Assembly (NCBI GenBank): GCA_030390025.1
Contig: CM059437.1
Location: forward strand, 53,134,001 to 53,198,000
Length of the DNA: 64,000 bases
Source of the DNA: Squalus acanthias
Lineage: Eukaryota
Direction of reading: 5' to 3'
Below, piece by piece: positions 24,690 through 35,669 of the stretch. The notes beneath the pieces were generated by a model that saw only the letters and a program-made list of their open reading frames with translations, made no database searches and was not told where the DNA came from. Made by a program: the position numbers and the translations under genes. The stretch's first letter is position 1. Every line of letters starts with the position of its first letter.

Positions 24690-27600
24690 TATCTAAAGCA
24701 TGAGGGGGTTTGTGGAGAGCAGCATTAGCCCAGGCAACCACATCTGCAGTAAGTGTCTGCAACTCGAGGAACATCACTTCAGAGTTGTTGAGCTGGAGTC
24801 CCAGATACAGACATTCCGATGAATCAGGGAGGGGAGGAAGATACCTGAACATTTTGACCCAGGAGGCAGTCACACCCCTTCGGTTCGGTAGTGATTTAGA
24901 TTTGGTTAGTGGTCAACAGGAGGATGTGACTGCGAATCAGGCAGGAAATGGGACCTCAGATGCAGTGGGGGAGGACTGTCAGCCTTTGCACTTGTCCAAC
25001 AGGTACGAGGTACTGGTGTGGATGAGCACAAAGACTGCAGGGAGGATGGTCAATTGACCACAGCACTGTGGTACAGGAGGCCATTCAATTAGGGGGAGCG
25101 AAAAGGAACGTGGTCGTCGATACTATATTCAGGGGGACAGATACTGTTCTCTGCAGCCATGACCGGGAGTCTCGAAGGCTATGTTGCCTGTCTGGTGTCA
25201 GGGTTCATGTCAACTCCTCGCAGCTGGAGAACAGCTTGGAGCAGGAGGGGGAGGATCCTGTTGTTGTGGTCCATGTAGGAACCAACGACACAGCTAGAAC
25301 TAGGAATGACGTTCTGCTGAGGGAGTTTGAGGAGCAAAACATCTAAGGTACTAAGTAATCTCTGGATTACTGCGGGAGCAAATTCGCATAGGGAGAAACA
25401 GAAGAGAGGTTTAATGCGTGGCTGAAAGATGGTGTGGGTGACAGAGGGTTCAATTCATGGGGCAGTGGCACCAGTACTGTGGAAAGAGGGAGTGGTTCCG
25501 TTGGAACTGACTACACTTAAACTGGGCGGGGAACAGTGTCCTGACAAATCGAATAACTAAGGTGCCAGATAGGGCTTTAAACGAATAAGGGGGAGTGCGT
25601 GGGGGCGTTCAGGTAAGGATAAATTTATAAATCTAAAGAGAAAAGTCAAGGCTGTAGAGTAGAGTAGCGATTTGGGTAAAATCAAGCAGAGTGTGTCAGG
25701 AAGGGACAGAGAGTTTAACAACGGTAATAGGGCATTAGCGACTGAGGCCACATCAGGGGAAAATAGTAAAAAGTTAAAATTAAAGGTGCTATATCTGAAT
25801 GCACGAAGCATTCATAACAAGATAGATGAATTAATGGCACATATAGAGTTAATTTGGTTTGATCTAATAGCCATTATTGAGACGTGGTTCCAGGGAGACC
25901 AATGCTGGGAACTAAATATTCCAGCGTATTTGAATTTTAGAAAATATAGGCAAAATGGAAAAGCAGACGGATAGCAATGATAATAAATGAAGAGATAAAA
26001 ACAGTAGTGAGAAAGAATCTTAGCGCAGAAAATCAGGATGTAAAACCACTATGGATGGAGCTAAGAAATATCAAAGGGCAAAAAACACTGTTGGGACTAG
26101 ATTATAGACCCCATCAGATTAGTTATTGTGTTGGACAGAGTAGGTCCCTTAGGGGCACAGACAGAAGAAATTACAATGGGGAATAAGGAAATAGCAGAGA
26201 CATTAAACAAATATTTTGTGTCTGTCTCACGGTATAAGACACACAAATATAATGGAAATTGTGGAGAACCAAAGTAATGATGAGAGTGAGGAACTTCAAG
26301 TAATTAATATTTGTGAAGAAAAAGTACTGGAGTAATTAATGGGATTAAAAGTCGACAAGTCTCCTGATGGCCTTCATCATAGGATTTCAAAAGAGGTGGC
26401 AGCAGAGATGCTGGATGCCTGGTTTTGTTCTTCCAGATTTCCCTCGATTCTTGACCAGTCCCCATGGACTGGAAGGTAGGAAATATAACCCCACTATTCA
26501 AGAAAGGAGGGAGAGAGAAAACAGGGAACTATAGGCCAGTTAGCCTGACATCAGTAGTAGGGAAAATGCTAGAATCTATTACAAGGGACGGGGTAACAGG
26601 GCACTTAGCAAATCATAATATGATTAGGCAGAGTCAACACAATTTAATGAAAGGGAAATCGTGTTGGACAAATCAATCAGAGTTTTTTGAGGGTGTAACC
26701 GACAGGGCAGATAAGGGGGAACCAGTGGTTGTAGTATATTTGGATTTTGAGACGGCATTTGATAAGCTGCCACACAAGAGGTTGTTACACAAGATTATAG
26801 CTCATGGGATTAGGAGTAATATATTAGCATGGATTGAGGATTGGTTAGTGGGGAGAAAAAAAAGAGTGGGAATAATTTTGGGGTTGGCAGGTTGTAACTA
26901 AGTGTGTGCCGCAAGGATCAGTGCTTGGATCTCAGCTATTTACAGTCTATATCCATGATTTAGCTGAGGCGACCGAGTGTAATGTGTCCAAGTTTGCTGA
27001 TGACGTAAAGCTAGGCGGGAAAATAAGCTGGAAGGGGCATGCAATTAGGCTACAAAGGGATATAAACCAGTTAGTAATTGGGCAAGAAGGTGGCAGATGA
27101 AACATAATGAGGGGAAATGTGAAATTATCCACTTTGGTAAGAATAGAAAAGTTGAATATATTTTAAAAGTTGAGAGACTAGTTAATGTTGGTATTCAGAA
27201 GGATTTGTGTGTTCTTGTACACGTCTCACAGAAAGTCAACATGCAGGTACAGCAAACAATTAGGAAGGCAAATGGCATGATAGCCTTTATTGCAAGGGGT
27301 TGGAGTATAAGAGTAAGGAAGTCATGCTGCAATTATATAGGTCTTTGGTGAAACAGCACCTGGAGTACTGTGCACACTTTTTTCCCTTTACCTAAGGAAT
27401 TATATACTTGACTTAGAGGGGTTGCGCCGAAGGTTCACTAGGTTGATTTCTGGGATGAGAGGGCTGTCCAATGAGGAGAGATTGAGTAGAATATATTCTC
27501 TGCAGTTTAGAAGAATGAGAGGTGATCTCATTGAAAATATATAATTCTTAAAGGGCATGACAGGGTAGATGCTGAGAGGTTCTTTCCCCTGGCTGGAGAG

Positions 27601-27910
27601 TGTAGAACTTGTGGTCATAGTCTCCTCGTATGGGGTCGGCCATTTAGGACTGAGATGAGGAGAAATTTCTTCACTCAGACGGTTGTGAATCTTTGGAATT
27701 CTCTAACCCCCGAGGGTTGTGGATGCTCAGTCGTTGAGTATATTCAAGGCTGAGATCAATAGATTTTTGGGCACTGATACAATCAAGGGATATTGGGATA
27801 GGGCGGGAAAGTGGAGTGAACTAGAAGATCTTCCATGATCTTATTGATTGGCGGAGCAAGCTGGAGGAGCAGCATGGCCTACTCGTGCTCTTCTTTCTTA
27901 TGTTCTTATG
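24690..27910 (+). mobile_element. Old, heavily deleted CR1 LINE (ORF1 and ORF2 remnants)
   Basis: Motifs LSNRYEVL, VVVHVGTND, YLNARSI, NYRPVSLTSV, VPQGSVLG and FADD, with a TTCTTATG tail. Confidence 0.85.
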
Positions 27911-29246
27911 TATATTAGATGACCTTACCAAGATGATGGAAGACATGGAGCCGGGAATAAACGAGTATTAAGGGACGCTCTGTGTTCCTCCAAATCTGGA
28001 CACTTGTGCATCGCCCACTTCATTCACTCCACCATTGACGGTCCCGTTTTGAGCCGTATAGACTCTAAGCTTTGAATTTCCGTCCCTATATGTCTCCACC
28101 TCTCCGTGCCTTTCTCCTGCCTGAAAACAGAGCCTCGCGCACAGTGGGGAAGCCTATCAAACATCGCGGGAAAGGCACAGCGATTTTCTGATATGACACC
28201 TGTTATCTGGTAGACACCATTGATGGTGACGACTAACGAGCCCGATATTTAATACAGAACTGCCTGCCGTTTGGGTGGAAGGCTTGAAGCTACACAGCGA
28301 AGAAAAGTCCCACAGTATGCCAATCTGAAAGGTGAAATGGAATACGGATATGAGGAATATCAGGTGCTGTAGTTGAAAATACGATGAAGTATTTTTTTCC
28401 ACGCCTTGCTTACACTTTTCCTTCAGTAGTTTGGAGTCATGGTTAAGAATGCAGGGCGTGCTGTATAAATGAGAAGCTGTATTGTTTTGGGCATCAATGT
28501 AACATAGGAGGTAAGGCAGGCAACCTCACGTCCTAACAAGGGACCCACTTCTGGGACAAGTGGTCTACTGCTGGTGATTTCGGCGAGGGAGAGTTGAGCA
28601 CGTGAGATGCTGGAGTTACTACCATGTGAGAACAGACAGTAATTTCGATACAATTTATACACAGATGGGCAGTCAGCTGACATTTCTATAAATGTAAGTT
28701 ACTTCTTGCTTTCTTTGAAGACTTCAACCACCACTGAAATATTTCAACTTTCTGCTTTTTGAGCTAATCCCACCATTAAATTAAATTACACAAATATTTC
28801 CAACACAATCTGGCAGTTAGATTGTGATTAATAGTATTTTTAACACCAGATCATCAAATATGAGTGTTGACATATACACCAATTGTACTCTCACTGTCTA
28901 TACATTTAAGTCTAGATTTTCTAAATCCTGCTTTAATCCATGTTGGAATTAACTCAAAAGTGTTAAATGCAAATTCATTGTGAAGTAAAAAAAAAAATTG
29001 ACGTTACATGTGTGAAGAAGGTGAGGATTAAATTATTTCGATGTTCGATTTCTGCGTGTGCTAGTTATTTTCCGAAATGTAATAACGATTATACATCAAG
29101 TCAAATAGGATGCAAAAGATGGGGTCATGAACGCAATGCATTTACAAAGCTATTATTGTTATCAATGGCTTTCAGTGCTAAATTGAATCGCTTATCCCCA
29201 ACACTCACTCACAAAACACACCGCAGCTAACACATGTATATAATTC

Positions 29247-29252
29247 TTTATT
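29247..29252 (-). terminator. AATAAA polyadenylation signal of the IgL gene
   Basis: TTTATT on the + strand, about 185 nt 3' of the C-exon stop codon. Confidence 0.75.
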
Positions 29253-29437
29253 AAACAAATGTTTCTACGTCACAATTGCAAAGTTAAAGGTTTCTGCCAC
29301 AATGTGAATAGATTTAAATCACTATAATAGGGCATGAGCATGAAAATAGAAAGAAATGCATTGTCAATAACTAAACCCCGTCTTCGAGCATGAACGCTAT
29401 GAATAACAGTTTGCACCGAGTGGGCGGGTTTTCTCTT

Positions 29438-29766
29438 TCATTCGCAGCCTGATCTCTTGATGCTTTGCTTGAGTTGAGACCCGAGAGACTCATGTGTAAC
29501 CCCGCAGGTATACAATTCGTGTGAGTTCCACTCGGTGGCGGACAGGGTCAGATAACTGCTCACACTGTACGTCTGGTCGGTGTCCCGTACGGTCCGAGTT
29601 GTCTGGACACCAGTGTCCGTGATCTGGCCGTCTACGCTCCACGAAATTTCAACTGACCCCGGAAAAAAGTTATTCACCAAACACACCAGGGTCGCCGCCT
29701 TTGCTGCAGAGATCTGATCGGACGCTGGCGGGAGAAGCGACACCGAAGGGCTGGACGACTCTCTGG
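29438..29766 (-). CDS. IGLC: Immunoglobulin light chain constant exon (lambda-class)
   Basis: Acceptor CTTTTCATTACAG| in phase 1. C1-set motifs PSVSLLPP, ATLVCLV, ISWSVDG, YSVSSYLTL, WNSHELYTCGVTHE, and a penultimate Cys (SGCE*) for the H-L disulfide. Confidence 0.97.
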
Positions 29767-29839
29767 CTGTAATGAAAAGGATTGTGTTTATTAAAGAACG
29801 ATACTGCAATCATGTAATATATACTACACATGTACAACA

Positions 29840-30720
29840 TCAACAACATCTTTATTTATATAGCGCGTTTAACGTAGTAAAACGTCCCAAAGCGCTTCAC
29901 AGGAGCCTTATAAGACAACAAATTGACACCAAGCCACAAAAGAAGAAATTAGGGCAGATGACCAAAAGCTTGGTCCAAGATGTAGGTTTTAAGGAGGGCA
30001 GCCAGGGGTGCGTTGGAACAGTCAAGTCTAGAGTTAACAAAGGCATGGATGAGGGTTTCAGCAGCAGATGAGCTGAGGCAGGTGCAGAGACGGGCGATGT
30101 TACGGAGGTGGAAATAGGCCGTCTTAGTTATGCTGTGGCTATGTGGTCGGAAGCTCATTTCAGGGTCAAATATGGCACCAATGCTGTGATCAGTCTGCTT
30201 CAGCCTCAGACAGATGCTCGGGAGAGGGATGGAGTCAATGCCTAGGGAACGGAGATTGTGGCGAGGACTGAAGACAATGGCTTCGGTCATTCAAATATTT
30301 AATTGGAAAAAATGTCTGCTCATCCTGTACTGGATATCGGACAACCGCTGCAGATGATTTTCTGGCTATGATTAGATAGACCAGGCAAGTGCAGTCCCAC
30401 CCAGCTGGACGATGGTGGAGAGGCGTTGGAGGAGGATGGAGTGTTCAACCGTGTCAAAGGCTACAGCCAGGTGGAGAAGGACGAGGAGGGAACAGTTACC
30501 TTTGTCACAGTCACAAAGGATGTCATTTGTGACTTTAATGAGAGCCATTTCGGTATTGTGGCAGGGGCAGAAATTGTATTGGAGGGATTCAAACATGGAG
30601 TTCTGGGAAAGATGGGCTCGGAATTGAGAGGCGACAACAGGTTCAAGGACTTTGGAGAAGAAAGGGAGGTTGGAGATGGGGCATTTGTTTGCAAGGACGG
30701 AGGGGTTAAGGATAGTTTTT
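29840..30720 (-). mobile_element. L2 LINE fragments in the J-C intron
   Basis: Peptides TEMALIKVTNDIL..LLVLLHLAVAFDTV and TAYFHLRNIARL...AETLIHAFVNSRLDCSNA, with an L2-type tail. Confidence 0.85.
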
Positions 30721-30739
30721 TCAGGAGTAAAGAAACTCC

Positions 30740-31185
30740 TTGCTCAGTGGTTGCACTCTCGGTCTCTGAGTCAGAAGGTTGTGGGCTCAAGCCCCACGCC
30801 AAAGACTTGAGCAGAAAATGTAGGCTGACACTCCAGTGCAGTAATGAGGGAGTGCTGCACTGGCCGAGGTGCAGTCTTTAAGATGAGACGTAAAACTGTC
30901 GTTAGGCAGCCATCTCAGGTGACTGTAAAAGATCCCATGGCATTTGTTGAAAAAGAGCAGGGGAGTTCTCTCTCATGTCCTAGCCAATATTATTACTCAA
31001 CCAACATCAGTAAAACAGATTATCTGGTCATTATCACATTGCAAATTGTGGGACCTTGCTGTGCCCAAATCTGCTGCAACAATTCCAAATTATAACAGTG
31101 ACTACAATGCAAAAGTACTTCATTTGCCGTAAAGCATTTCCCTGAGGTCGTGAAAGGCGCTATATAAATGCAAGTTCTTTATTTC
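30740..31185 (+). mobile_element. Deu-domain tRNA SINE (SacSINE1-like)
   Basis: Head GCTCAGTGG...GAGTCAGAAGGTTGTGGGCTCAAGCCCCAC, centre AAAGATCCCATGGCA..TTATCTGGTCATTATCACATTG, and L2-like tail GGCGCTATATAAATGCAAG. Confidence 0.75.
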
Positions 31186-31640
31186 ATTTTCTTCCTAAAT
31201 CACAGCAATGTAATCTAAAACTAAACACATCGTTTGACTCGAATGGCCAGACCCTTTACCGTCAATTTGACGTCTTTCTATGGAACAAACCGAAAATCTC
31301 TATTCCCAGTATCAAACTGGGTAAAACCTCTCTTTACAAAGGGATTTACTATTTCATTACATTTAGTACACCGAGGTAATGTTCTCACATCGGGAGCAAA
31401 TTAACGTTTAAATTCTGAAGAATAATAATCTTTAAATATTGACTAACATGTGGTTGTAAAATAACTCGAGGATGGTGTTCACATGCCGAGCAGTAAAATG
31501 CTTCCTACCTTTAAGAATATTACATTAACAATATGTAAATCTGGAAAAATATCCTTTACGCTGTTTCTGCCAATGGTCCCTCAAGAAATTCGGGGGGAAA
31601 TTCAGTTTAAATCCTATCCCTTTGTGTTTACCATGCTAAG

Positions 31641-31648
31641 ATTTGCAT
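31641..31648 (+). promoter_or_regulatory. Perfect octamer ATTTGCAT in the unique part of the J-C intron
   Basis: Exact motif in the sequence; any function is inferred only. Confidence 0.3.
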
Positions 31649-32169
31649 ACAGACCTGTAACTTTTGGTTGAAATCAAAATTATTTTGTGACACCGAAGGC
31701 AAAGGCAGAAAACAGATGTTTCCAGCAGTATTCTAGTTAATAGCTTTACGGTATGAATGGGCGTCAATCCAGCCTCTCCATATCAGGTATTGCATGTACC
31801 TGTGCATACTTGCACTCAAATTATATATAAATTCGCAACCGTAAAATCTCAGCAGACAATTGTATATCGAAATATCAACTAGCAAAAAAACAACGGAAAG
31901 TTGCCGACTTCAGATTAACGTATAAAAGAGTTTTCTCTCTGAGCTCTAGATGTAATGAAATCACAACCCTCTGTTTACAAAAGAAATTCGTTGCACATAG
32001 CGAACCTTTCACGGTGAGAAATAGTACCTGTTATCGAAAGTGTGTCTTGAGCTCGGTGTTATTTTGGGATATTGGACAAGCTTCTGGTGATTATTACCCT
32101 CCTCATACGAAATTAACATCTGTTAAAATTTTTCAGTGCACCAGAAATTAAGGGAGGCACCGATATGCT

Positions 32170-32285
32170 TTCTCTCTCTCGCACTCTATCTATCTACCCA
32201 TCTCTATTTCTCTTTGTCTTTATCGCTGTCTCTATCTATCTATCTATCTACCTATCTCTCTGGCTGTCTCTTTGACTCGCTCTCT
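32170..32285 (+). repeat. (TC)n/(TCTA)n microsatellite
   Basis: Seen directly in the sequence. Confidence 0.8.
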
Positions 32286-32627
32286 TTTTGCATATTTGCT
32301 ATTAGTGCGACACTTTAAATGATGTTTTTTAACACCGATTTTTACAATCTATGAAGTGTTTCTATTGTTCACTATCTCGGCTCCAAGGGTGAAACTAATC
32401 ATACAATAAATGTCATTGTTTCCTTTATGGTTTGAAAATGTGATTGTTTTATGTCCCTAATAAACCAATCACCCGTTTCAACCTTGGTTGTAACCTACAG
32501 CACCAATTGTTTCATCTACCTCATATTATAGTAATCATCCAATTGAGAATGCATTTGACTATTTGTTGCATAAAAGAAGAAAAGAAAATTTCCATTGTAC
32601 AGAATAACTCTAGTAAAAGTTACTTAC

Positions 32628-32969
32628 TCAGAACAGTCAGCTTGGTGCCTCCACCGAAGCCGTTGGTCCCCCAACCACAATAATAATCGGCGTCGTCCTC
32701 GGGTTGAACACCGCTGATGGTTAAATATGCGGCGTTGGTTGACGATTGACTCCTTCCAGAGAATCGATCAGGAATCCCGGAACCCTTGGTTTCACCGTTA
32801 AGATCATGATAGAGTAGAAATCGAGGAGCATTCCCGGGTTTCTGCTGGTACCATCCTACGTCAGCGTTTCCCAAACTACCCCCAGACACGCTGCAGCTTA
32901 TTTTCACCGTTCCTTGCGGCGCGATGGATAACGACTGCGGTTGAGTTAATGTAATCAGCGCGTTTGAAC
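32628..32969 (-). CDS. IGLV: Germline-joined Ig light-chain V-J exon (lambda-class)
   Basis: Acceptor TCTTTTTATAG| and donor |GTAAGT. The peptide LTQP...KISC...WYQQKPG...IPDRFSG...[24 protein letters not shown] is contiguous and in frame, with no RSS or spacer between V and J. Confidence 0.97.
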
Positions 32970-33091
32970 CTATAAAAAGATGGAGCAATATTAGAGGCTG
33001 GGCTTCATATGATTAATATCGTCACTTTATATCTCTATACAACAAAAGATTATTCACAATGAATCCAACGAAAAGCTTGCTGAATACTTAC

Positions 33092-33140
33092 AGACTGCGC
33101 AAATTATCAGCGTTGTGATGACACGCACCCACTCGGACAT
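33092..33140 (-). CDS. Ig light-chain leader exon (MSEWVRVITTLIICAV)
   Basis: ATG at 33140, a hydrophobic signal peptide and a phase-1 donor GTAAGT. It splices in frame to give ...CAVCSNA|LITLTQP. The total CDS is 49+342+329=720 nt. Confidence 0.9.
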
Positions 33141-33185
33141 CGTGAATTCAGTTAGTCTCAGAAACCTCGGCAGTTTGCAGCAGAA

Positions 33186-33325
33186 GATTTTAATGTTTAC
33201 TAGGCTCGCCTTCTCTTATCAATGTTATGAATGAGGGCGTATTACAACGTGTTCCTTAATTATTCAAATGACCGTGACGTTACGAATCCTAATTGAACAT
33301 CTATGATCAGGCCTCCACGTCACAA
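33186..33325 (-). promoter_or_regulatory. Putative IgL promoter: TTAAAA TATA-like box, variant octamer ATTTGAAT, CRE-like sites
   Basis: TTAAAA at 33193-33188, ATTTGAAT at 33269-33262 (1 mismatch to ATTTGCAT), TGACGT at 33275-33280 and ACGTCA at 33317-33322. Confidence 0.5.
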
Positions 33326-33974
33326 GACTTTCAAACAGAAGGGGACATTGGAAAACAGAACCGAACTATAGTGTGATGTTGCACATCACGCGCATGACTT
33401 ATTGATAAGTACAGTAACGTGTTGAAATTTATAATTGTGCAAACAGCATAAAGAAGTCATTATTTTTGACAAATTCACTAAGGTATATATTTTAATCTTT
33501 CCTTTTACGCGTGTCAGAAGTACGCATTAGGAAGCAACTTTAATCGATATTTGCGCCCCTGTAAAGGCAGTGCTGTTCTAACTGTGCAATGTATAACTAC
33601 AATCTTCGAACACTTAGGGATCGTTCCATAGAAATTCAGATACAACTCTACAAAGTATAGCTTGATGATATATAATCTTTAAAATGAATTAACTTCTTAT
33701 GAATAACTCAAAGATGTTAGCACACTGCGGTTTATTTGAGCCTTCTCTACCAGGTGCACTTACGCGAGAATATCTTAAAGTGAAAGCTTTAATCTAATTT
33801 ATACCACATATTAATAACTGTTTTCTTAAATACAAACATCAGATAATTTAGCAGGAAAAAAATATATTTTGACACTGACGTTATTTTTCTTTTAAATATT
33901 CTAATAATTGGCTTATTTTTGAGATTGTTATACTTTGTGCGATTTGAAATTACATCGAAATGAAATCATTCGTA

Positions 33975-34720
33975 TTAGGATAGAGAAATGGGCAGATACA
34001 TGGCAGATTACATTTAGCGCAGCCAAGTGTGAAGTTATTCATTTATGTAGGAAGAATAAGGAGACGCAATGGAAACTAAATGGTACAAATTTAAAGCGGG
34101 TGCAGGAACAGAGAGAGCTGGGGATGTATTTATACAAGTCTTTGAAGGTGGCGGTACAAGTTGAAAAGGCTATTAAAAAGGCATACGGGATCATTGGCTT
34201 CAGAAATAGAGGCATAGAGTACAAAATCAAGGGAGTATAAAACACTGGTTAGACCCCAGCTGGAATATTGTGGCCAATTCTGGGCACCACACTTTAGCAA
34301 AAATGTCAAGGCCTTAGAGTAGGTGCAGTGGAGGCTTAATAGAATGGCGCTAGGGATGAAAGACTTCAATTACGTGGAGTGCCTTGAGAACCCGGTTTTG
34401 TTCTCCTTAGAGCAGAGAAGGTTAAGCGGGATTTGCTAGAAGTGTTCAAAATCATGAAGGGTATTTATACAGTAATTAAGGAGAAACTGTTTCCAGTGGC
34501 AGAAGGGTCGGTAACCAGAGGACTCAAATTTAAAGTAATTGGCAAAAGAACTAGAGGTGACATGAGAAAGAAAAATCACGTAGCAAGCTGTTATAATCTG
34601 GAATGCACTGCCTGAAAGGGTGGTGGAAGCAGATTCAATAGTAACTTTCAAGATGGAATTAGACAAAAACTTGAAGTGGGAAATCTGCAGGACTATGGCC
34701 TCCTTCTTTGCTGTATCATT
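33975..34720 (+). mobile_element. CR1 3' fragment
   Basis: Peptides WADTWQITF..KCEVIH and VFKIMKG..EKLFP. Confidence 0.8.
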
Positions 34721-35669
34721 CTGTAATCGTCTAAAACCACAGCCTTCTTTACATAACGGCTTCATTCAACTCATTCGAGTCCCCTGGTTACAGAATTGGT
34801 CACACAAGTATCTTTGCCTTTATTAGTTGATTCGCACATAAGGCGGAAGGTTCCATGCCAATCAACCGGCTGAAAGCAAAAAAAAGCATTATTCAATTCA
34901 CACTGCCGGTTCTTCTTATTAGCACCTGTTCACATCTTTACAGTTTATTTAAATATTCATATCACAAATATATCTGAATCTGCAGAGAATTGCACATTGA
35001 AAATGCAGATCTGAGGTATACGTTTGTTGCAGCAGGATTAAAAAACAATGATAATAATGTACACATCCTGCGAATACTTACCAGATTTAGACTCTATGGT
35101 ATTTTGCTTCTACGTCATTTGTTATACCAGAAATGTAACCTCACACAGACCCGCTTTATACAAAAAGTATCAGCAGCTACAACTATGTCCACCGACCATT
35201 AATAAAGCAGTACCTCGCATGGGTATCACCATTCGAAACTTTATGTGAGGCATGAGAGGTTCATAGGTCTTTCTTTAACAACTGTGAATTATCCTATGAA
35301 CACCTGGAACTACAGTTATCATTGCCGATCGGTTAACAATTGGATGAGGATGAATTAGAAATTCGCTTTTACCTTTAATTTATCATGAATTGGGTAACTA
35401 ATCAATATGGGAAGTACCTTTCAGGTTTTAATTTCAGCCAATTTTACACAGAAAGGATTCAATATCTAAAGCCAAGTGTAGCCATACAAGTTTAATAAAA
35501 GAGGGATGGTAATCGATATGATAATATCTAGTCTTTAAGATTGCATTCCCCAAAGATCATAGACAACAAACAATTCTTTAGCCTATATTTGCAATCAATA
35601 CAAACCTCACACCCACTGTGTTGGGAAATCTGGATATGGCCATCGCTGGCAAGGCTAGCATTTATTGCC

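Noticed and set aside
28140-28178. CACAGTG heptamer as a possible leftover RSS
   Set aside because: There is no ACAAAAACC-like nonamer at 12 or 23 nt and no adjacent gene segment.
28157-28683. Short minus-strand ORFs downstream of C as an extra exon or second Ig segment
   Set aside because: I found no Ig motifs or supported splice structure, and they lie beyond the poly(A) signal.
32970-32988. N-terminal extensions in the ORF track for V (MLHLFI) and C (29767-29809)
   Set aside because: These are intronic polypyrimidine/acceptor sequence; the real start is the leader exon at 33140.
29438-33140. IgL gene as a processed retrocopy
   Set aside because: The leader intron and the 2.86-kb J-C intron are both retained with canonical splice sites.
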